The notes under the pieces: model-generated
The model's database searches: none
Told to the model about the DNA's origin: nothing
What the model saw: the letters and a program-made list of their open reading frames with translations, nothing else
Shown here: positions 26,041-32,000 of the stretch, in pieces
Layout of the letters: each line of letters opens with the position of its first letter
Position numbering within the stretch: the stretch's first letter is position 1
Position numbers and translations under genes: made by a program
NCBI GenBank assembly: GCA_024275415.1
Contig: JAJRZD010000033.1
Location: 50,551 to 82,550 of the forward strand
Length of the DNA stretch: 32,000 bases
Reading direction: 5' to 3'
Source: an archaeon
GTDB taxonomy: Archaea; Asgardarchaeota; Thorarchaeia; Thorarchaeales; Thorarchaeaceae

Positions 26041-26116
26041 GAGCCCTGTGATCCCTCATTAGGAAACATTACCAATAACACATTTATACTCTGATAGTGT
26101 TTGAATGTTAGGGGTT

Positions 26117-27172
26117 ATGAGTTTGGCAGAAGAGGGACTTGCTGACAAATGGATTGACAAAATCAGTCAACTGGTTCTTGATGCGTGTGACCAATTTGAT
26201 GAACTTCAGCGTAATGTGAAGAATGTTCGCCTACAGTTCAAAATGCCGGCGAAACACCACAGTTCATTCTCATTTGCATTTGTCGACGGTGGCTCTGGTT
26301 ATGTTGATCTTGCTGGCGGATCCATCTATTTTATCCGTGCAGCTGGGGCTTTCTTCAAAAATCCCGATAAGCCAATATGGGAGTCTGATGTCGGTGCAGG
26401 GTTCACAATTCTATCTCGAAATGTTGATCGATTTGTCGGAATTGAAAGGGACATCTTGGAGATACAGACAGCAATCGAACTGTTACAGTACAAGCCAGAC
26501 ATGATAGTAATGGATAATTCTCTTGCATCATACGCAGGTATGGGCGTTCCATACTCCATTTTGCATCGCTTTCAAGACCCCCGACCTGATGGTAGTCCCG
26601 AGTTCCAATACTTCAACCGATTCGTCACATTAATGAAACGATTCGATGCGCTCATCACAGAGTGTTTGCTAAATGACATCCTTCTGGTAGGTATAACGAA
26701 GGATCCAAGGTCTAGGGGTTACGCAAAGAATCTGCAATTGGGGAATAGTGTTATGGACATCACTGCTGTTTCTCTGATTGCAGATGGACAGGTCGGATTC
26801 ACGCCAGAGTTTGACTCGCAATACATTAGAATTGATAGAATTGAGGAATATCTCAAAAAGCATAAGATCCTCACTGATAATAGAGGGGATTTCATGACTT
26901 GTTTTTGCATTCTCTCTCCAAAAGCTAATCCCTTCAAGATTGACTATCTCAAATCACAAAAAAATCAGGCTCGGGAAATCCGGGAAATGATAGTTTCCCT
27001 ACATGATGGAAGTGGATACCTTCTGCCATCTCATATTGTGCACGATCATGCCACAATATCCTCAGAACTAGCTGAGGGGCTTACACAACTTGTCTTGAAG
27101 AGGACAGCTGAGCGGAACATGAGAACAGCTGAAACAATCCTTAGAGCGCAAAGAAGGAGTAGATTCGGATGA
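26117..27172 (+). CDS. nurA: NurA 5'-3' nuclease
   Basis: FAFVDGGSG (first catalytic Asp), IVMDNSL (second Asp), LVGITKD and GYLLPSHIVHDHA. First gene of the herA-mre11-rad50 operon. Start may be 26105 or 26117; TTTATA at 26083 favours 26117. Confidence 0.88.
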   Translation: MSLAEEGLADKWIDKISQLVLDACDQFDELQRNVKNVRLQFKMPAKHHSSFSFAFVDGGSGYVDLAGGSIYFIRAAGAFFKNPDKPIWESDVGAGFTILSRNVDRFVGIERDILEIQTAIELLQYKPDMIVMDNSLASYAGMGVPYSILHRFQDPRPDGSPEFQYFNRFVTLMKRFDALITECLLNDILLVGITKDPRSRGYAKNLQLGNSVMDITAVSLIADGQVGFTPEFDSQYIRIDRIEEYLKKHKILTDNRGDFMTCFCILSPKANPFKIDYLKSQKNQAREIREMIVSLHDGSGYLLPSHIVHDHATISSELAEGLTQLVLKRTAERNMRTAETILRAQRRSRFG

Positions 27173-28785
27173 GCAACAAAGAACTAGTAGGCAATCTGAT
27201 AGGAATCACTAACCCAGTCGAACTAGTCGTTAGGATAAGACCTGACATTATTCGGAAAAACCCTCTCGAGCTTGGAGAACATGTGGTCATCGAATATCAA
27301 AGTGCGGACATGGACAAAGATGTGTTGGGGAGGGTATCTGAAATCCATCTTGAGAACTTGAACATGCCATCGACTCTATTGAATTCCCCTCAGGATTTTG
27401 AGGCTTTGGCAAGGCTCGGTGATCTCTCAGATGGAGAGGTATTGACCGCACAGGTGACAGTCATTGGGTATCTCACAGAGAAGAACAAGCTGGAGATCCC
27501 TCGTTACGCACCTCCTCCAGGCGCGAATGTCTACCGTGCACCGACTGATATACTGAACAGGGCTTTTGGTCAAGGACACTGTAGAATCGGCTCTTTGAGA
27601 GCAAATCAAGAAGTCGAGGTCAAGGTGAATGTCAACGAGCTAGTCAGACGTCACTTCGCTGTTCTTGCGATAACCGGTGGTGGAAAAGGGAACACCATAG
27701 CTGTGTTAGTCAAGCAGATGATTGCAATTGGGGGTACCATCATTATTATCGATCCCCATAGCGAATACTCCACAATGCGTCGTGATGTTCAGGGGCGTTT
27801 AATCACATTCTCTACAGACACAGACTTGGAGAATGGATCTTATGGTCTCCGACTGAGATACAGTAGCCTTAGTTTCAGAGACCTCACAGACATTTTGAGG
27901 GTACCATCAAAGGCAGACCGGATGCGTGCTTTATTGAGGGATGCCTACAACATACTCGAGGGAACTAACTGGGATCTCGATGATCTCCGCAATGCTCTGA
28001 AGACGGCATCTGAGTCAGGAAAAGACCGTTCATCACAGTACTATTCGCTAATGGATAGGATTGAAAACGCGACCGAGTTTCTTGTTTTTGACAAGACTGA
28101 GGAAGTTCCTTTGGTGGGAGATGGACAATCAAAAGTTGGACTGCTAAACAAAGGTTTTGTGACAGTACTTGCACTTTCAGGGCTACCAGATGAGGTTCAA
28201 CAGGCAATAACCAAGACAGTAGCTACTAGGATATTCAAAGGCGGTATGTCTTGGAGGCATAATGATGATACTGCTACTCCAATCCCCGGGCCAGTACTAC
28301 TTATTGTCGAGGAGGCACACATCTTCGTGCCAGCAGGGGGAGGTTCTGCAGCAATGGCGATTCTCAAACGTATCGCCTCTGAGGGGAGGAAGTTCGGTGT
28401 TGGTCTTGGTCTGGTATCCCAGCGACCTGGAAAACTAGACTCTGACGTTCTCTCGCAATGTAACAGTATGATTGTCCTGAAAATAGTCAACCCCTATGAC
28501 CAGAACAACATCGAAAAATCTGCTGAAGCACTTAGTAAGGATCTCATGAAGGAGCTTCCTTCTTTGAATGTTGGGGAAGCCGTTGTCTTTGGGTCTGCAT
28601 TCAACCTTCCTACCGTTGTCAAAGTAGACAAATACGAAGGGACGCTCGGTGGTTCTGATATAGATGTTGTTGATAACTGGAATCAAACATATTCAAATAT
28701 AGGTACTACACCGGCACAGGACTACGATGGCGGAAGCGAGGGTTTCGAGGAGGTTGATTGGGATGAGCACGCAAGAGGTAATTAA
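27169..28785 (+). CDS. herA: HerA bipolar DNA helicase/ATPase
   Basis: N-terminal HAS barrel, RHFAVLAITGGGKGNT, IIDPHSEY, Walker B IVEEAH, EGRKFG and SQRP.KLDSDVLSQC. Overlaps nurA by 4 nt (ATGA). Confidence 0.95.
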   Translation: MSNKELVGNLIGITNPVELVVRIRPDIIRKNPLELGEHVVIEYQSADMDKDVLGRVSEIHLENLNMPSTLLNSPQDFEALARLGDLSDGEVLTAQVTVIGYLTEKNKLEIPRYAPPPGANVYRAPTDILNRAFGQGHCRIGSLRANQEVEVKVNVNELVRRHFAVLAITGGGKGNTIAVLVKQMIAIGGTIIIIDPHSEYSTMRRDVQGRLITFSTDTDLENGSYGLRLRYSSLSFRDLTDILRVPSKADRMRALLRDAYNILEGTNWDLDDLRNALKTASESGKDRSSQYYSLMDRIENATEFLVFDKTEEVPLVGDGQSKVGLLNKGFVTVLALSGLPDEVQQAITKTVATRIFKGGMSWRHNDDTATPIPGPVLLIVEEAHIFVPAGGGSAAMAILKRIASEGRKFGVGLGLVSQRPGKLDSDVLSQCNSMIVLKIVNPYDQNNIEKSAEALSKDLMKELPSLNVGEAVVFGSAFNLPTVVKVDKYEGTLGGSDIDVVDNWNQTYSNIGTTPAQDYDGGSEGFEEVDWDEHARGN

Positions 28786-30022
28786 GATCGGTCAGATGGC
28801 TGACCTGCATCTTGGCTTTAGGCAATATGGTCTGTTTGAGAGAGTAGAAGATTTCTGGAACGCCGCAAGGACTGCATCTCAGAAACTAATTGATGCCGAA
28901 GTCCAGCTTGTGGTAATCCCAGGGGACATCTATAATGACAAACGTCCCTATCCCATTGCTCAACGACATGCAATGAGAATCCTTCAAATGTTCAAGGAGA
29001 AAGACATCCCTGTCTATGTGACCCGAGGGAACCATGATGCGTCCTATGCGTGGCGTGAGCGACAGGGCGGAGATTCCCTTGATATCTTGAATGACCTTGG
29101 CTTAGTTCATTATATCAACGACACCGTTGTCGAACCAAAGAACCTCAATGTCCGGATATGGGGATTGGGATATTATGGCAAGGCAACAGGTAGCAAACTA
29201 GTTGATTTGATTGAGCAGAATCATGAATTACTTGAAGACAAATCCAAAGCCAATATTCTTCTTTTACATGCATATCTTGATTCAATGATAGAAGGTGAGG
29301 ATCTAAGTGAATACGAGCTCGGGATTCATAACTTTGATTATGTAGCAATCGGGCATTATCACAAATGGTGGGTATCAGGCTCAAAACGTATAGTCTGCAG
29401 CGGTTCAACTGAGCACACGCTATCTTCAGACTGGGATGAACCGAAGAGGTCTGCTGCTGTTGTGGAACTATCTAAGAAAGGGCCATCATGGCATATTGTA
29501 GTGAACCGCTTGAGGTACAATGTGCGACCAAAAATCGCACGCATCCTTGACTTGGGACTAATTGACGCTGATCATGCCATGGTTACTGCCAAGGACACAC
29601 TACGCGAGATTGACGAAGATAAAGCTCTTATCCGTCTCGAGTTGCATGGAAAACTCAAGGACGTATCAAGAAGTGTGGACTCGCGGGAAATTGCAAATAC
29701 TGCGACAAAAGCCCTTCATGTTCGTGTTATTGATATGTTCGACTTTGGGGGAATTGCAATAAAACATGATATATCCGTGGATCAAGTCATGGCTGAGGTG
29801 TTCAAGAAACAGTTCAATATCGATAATAGTGAAACGAATCTTTGGGTTGCTTTGGCTTTAGAAGCAAAAGATGCACTCTTAGGAAGAGGAGTGGATCATG
29901 GATCGACAGTAGAGAAATTGCTACAGGATTACTCGAATCGTATCCCCTCACTGAGTACAGATAAAACTCAATCTGGAGGCAAGCGAACTTCAAAGCGAGG
30001 AAGCAGGGGGAAGGCCAATTGA
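28763..30022 (+). CDS. mre11: Mre11 nuclease
   Basis: Phosphoesterase motifs ADLHLG, GDIYN, GNHD, LLH and GHYH. The likely start is ATG 28763 (MSTQEVIKIGQMADLH). Confidence 0.95.
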   Translation: MSTQEVIKIGQMADLHLGFRQYGLFERVEDFWNAARTASQKLIDAEVQLVVIPGDIYNDKRPYPIAQRHAMRILQMFKEKDIPVYVTRGNHDASYAWRERQGGDSLDILNDLGLVHYINDTVVEPKNLNVRIWGLGYYGKATGSKLVDLIEQNHELLEDKSKANILLLHAYLDSMIEGEDLSEYELGIHNFDYVAIGHYHKWWVSGSKRIVCSGSTEHTLSSDWDEPKRSAAVVELSKKGPSWHIVVNRLRYNVRPKIARILDLGLIDADHAMVTAKDTLREIDEDKALIRLELHGKLKDVSRSVDSREIANTATKALHVRVIDMFDFGGIAIKHDISVDQVMAEVFKKQFNIDNSETNLWVALALEAKDALLGRGVDHGSTVEKLLQDYSNRIPSLSTDKTQSGGKRTSKRGSRGKAN

Positions 30023-32000
30023 TTCTGAAGACACTCGAATTGAAAAATGTAAAATGCTTCAAGAAACTGAAAGTTGACTTCACTGAGGGAAAGAATCTCC
30101 TTGTGGGCAGAATCGGGTCTGGCAAGAGCACAATCCTCGAATCTATCTTCTATGCTCTTTTTGCAAAGTACTACAAAGGAACTTTGGCTGACCTCATTCG
30201 GAGGGGTGAAAATGAAGCCCAATTTGCACTAGTGTTTGAACACAATGACACTGAATATTCTGTCAAGAGGACGCTCAAAAGAACAGGAGGTCAAACTGCC
30301 TATCTCTGGAGAACCGGAAAGGATGAACCCATTGCTGAAAGGCAATCAACTGTCACGGCGGAAATAGCAACTCTATTGAATGTAGATACTGATACTTTTG
30401 CAAATCTGGTTCATGTGAAACAGGGTGAGATCACAAGAATAATCCATGTAACTCCAAGTGAAAGGAAAAAGCTGTTCGACAAACTCTTAGGTATTAGTGA
30501 CTACGAGAAAGCCCATACTGAATGTACCCCTCTTCTCTCACAAATCGAAACAAAACTAGAACGTATCAACGCCCTCAGAGAACGATATCAAGAAGACGCG
30601 GACAAGTTCAAGGATGCCAAAAAGAAATTGGCAGAATTAAAGAAGAAAAAGAAGGAAACTAAAGGCAATCTCAAGCGACTGTTGACTGAGAAAAAGAATC
30701 TTGATGCCCAATACAAAAAACTCGATAGACTCAGAACCAAGCTAACGAAGGTTCGAGCAAATATCGAGAACGCTGAAATGAATCTGAAAGCACACAACGA
30801 AAAGAAACAAGAGCTCCAACAGAAGGTTGTCCAACTGTGTCTTGAAACAAAAATCCGAAAGATGAAGGATCCAACTCGAATGCTAGACAATGCAGAAACA
30901 AAACTGGCATCTGCACAGACTGAACTTGCATCAGTGCGAGCAGAAAAAGACAAGCTCGTTGGAACATTGGAGAAACTGAAATACAAACGCATAGAGCGTG
31001 AGAATCTCAGCGAATCTATTAGAAAATCTGAAGAAACTGTTGACGCGATGAAAACTCTTCTGACCTCCCATTATCCTGAACTTCTAACAACTGAAACTAC
31101 AAGTTGGATGGGACAAATCCAATTGAAGATGGACGAATTGGAACAGTCAAAGAAACTTGTAGAAGACCAGATTGAAGCAGCAAGAACCATTAAGGAGGAC
31201 TATGAACGAAAGAAGAACGCCATTAGAGACCTCCAACGCCAGATCAAAAGTCAACGTGCGATAATACGGGATACTACCGCCCTCGCTAGACAATCAGGTG
31301 GGAAAAATTGGAGAGAAATCGCTTCAGAGGATGTTGCGGATTTAGAGTCCCGAAGTAGTGAAATACGCGCGACCTTAGAAACATACTCTTCTAGAAGGGA
31401 CGAAGCAATAAAATCGAAGACCAAAGTGGAAAAACGAATCGAAGATTACGAATCAAGTTTACAATCGCTCACTGGAATGGCAGGAAAGAAATGCCCTAGG
31501 TGTGGTCAAAGAATAACCAAAAGCCATGCAGAGAAACTCGCAAAGGACATCACGGAGAAACTTGAACAGGCACAAGAAACACTGACCGAAACCGAGCGAA
31601 CCCTTGATGAAATTGACATCAAGATAAAAGACAAAAAAGCCGAGCTGCAAAGGCTAGGTGATAACATAGCTCTTGTCAATAAACTCTCATCATACCTTGG
31701 CTCTCTGTTACCAATCGAAGACGAGATTACTAAACTCCAAAGCAATCTGGATACAGCCAGGACTGATTTACACAAGTTGAAAGAGATCTATGAACCTCAA
31801 GCAGCTTCAAGATTAAAAGCGCAATTGAAATCAATTGAGAAAGAGATGAAGACCTATACTAGTATTTCTGCCAAGGTTGAACAAGGTCTGAAAGAGATGG
31901 ATAACATAAAAGAACTCGAGAACAAACGCAAAAAAGTCATACAGGAACTTGCAAGTCTAGAATCAAAGGTGAAGTCTAAATCCATTGACAAATTTGACAA
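30019..32000 (+). CDS. rad50: Rad50 ABC-ATPase, partial (runs off the window; absent from the ORF track)
   Basis: The TTG start overlaps the mre11 stop (TTGA). LELKNVKCFKKLKVDF, Walker A LLVGRIGSGKSTILESIFYALF, Q-loop VHVKQGEI, a long coiled coil and the zinc hook KKCPRCGQ at about 31492. The frame is open to the window end. Confidence 0.95.
   Translation, partial: MILKTLELKNVKCFKKLKVDFTEGKNLLVGRIGSGKSTILESIFYALFAKYYKGTLADLIRRGENEAQFALVFEHNDTEYSVKRTLKRTGGQTAYLWRTGKDEPIAERQSTVTAEIATLLNVDTDTFANLVHVKQGEITRIIHVTPSERKKLFDKLLGISDYEKAHTECTPLLSQIETKLERINALRERYQEDADKFKDAKKKLAELKKKKKETKGNLKRLLTEKKNLDAQYKKLDRLRTKLTKVRANIENAEMNLKAHNEKKQELQQKVVQLCLETKIRKMKDPTRMLDNAETKLASAQTELASVRAEKDKLVGTLEKLKYKRIERENLSESIRKSEETVDAMKTLLTSHYPELLTTETTSWMGQIQLKMDELEQSKKLVEDQIEAARTIKEDYERKKNAIRDLQRQIKSQRAIIRDTTALARQSGGKNWREIASEDVADLESRSSEIRATLETYSSRRDEAIKSKTKVEKRIEDYESSLQSLTGMAGKKCPRCGQRITKSHAEKLAKDITEKLEQAQETLTETERTLDEIDIKIKDKKAELQRLGDNIALVNKLSSYLGSLLPIEDEITKLQSNLDTARTDLHKLKEIYEPQAASRLKAQLKSIEKEMKTYTSISAKVEQGLKEMDNIKELENKRKKVIQELASLESKVKSKSIDKFD

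Larger units (their letters stand above)
8392..26045. other. Defence island (RM-like, STAND, Argonaute, toxin-antitoxin) inserted upstream of nurA
   Basis: Dense cluster of defence-type genes with mixed orientations and visibly lower GC than 1-8 kb. It has an IS110 remnant at the left edge, a MITE at the right edge and several broken genes. Boundaries are approximate. Confidence 0.8.

Noticed and set aside
28727-28762. Track start of mre11 at 28727
   Set aside because: The extra residues (MAEARVSRRLIG) are antisense-like read-through within herA; 28763 places the first phosphoesterase motif at the usual distance from the N-terminus.
1-32000. tRNA, rRNA or CRISPR loci, and the many remaining antisense ORFs in the track
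   Set aside because: No cloverleaf, rRNA-like or repeat-spacer pattern was seen by eye; the other short ORFs lie opposite or inside well-supported genes.

Overview
This is an archaeal genomic window: it carries a nurA-herA-mre11-rad50 operon and archaeal-type hypothetical genes. An Asgard/Thorarchaeia-like origin is plausible but is only an inference from gene content. Left part (1-8.1 kb, visibly more GC-rich): the C-terminal part of a GH38 alpha-mannosidase, several hypothetical genes (including a SNAP-like helical/Ig-like/coiled-coil protein), a class I/II aminotransferase, a coiled-coil-repeat PD-(D/E)XK protein and a gene with two in-frame stops. Middle (about 8.4-26.0 kb, visibly more AT-rich): a defence island bounded by an IS110 remnant and a 134-bp MITE. 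It holds an McrB/McrC-like pair with a convergent m4C-type methyltransferase, a frameshifted PD-(D/E)XK nuclease, and a tightly coupled pair of a MoaA-derived radical SAM enzyme (atypical CX3CX8C motif) and a 1570-aa NACHT/STAND NTPase. It also holds a frameshifted HExxH protein and a full-length DEDH Argonaute, both enclosed by a roughly 104-bp direct repeat of the mazF 3' end, plus a MazF toxin with an unusually large partner and an orphan HicB. Right part: nurA-herA-mre11-rad50, with rad50 running off the window. The best candidates for undescribed biology are the radical-SAM + NACHT module and the mazF-repeat-bounded Argonaute/HExxH cassette. All calls are by-eye motif recognition; no database searches were run.
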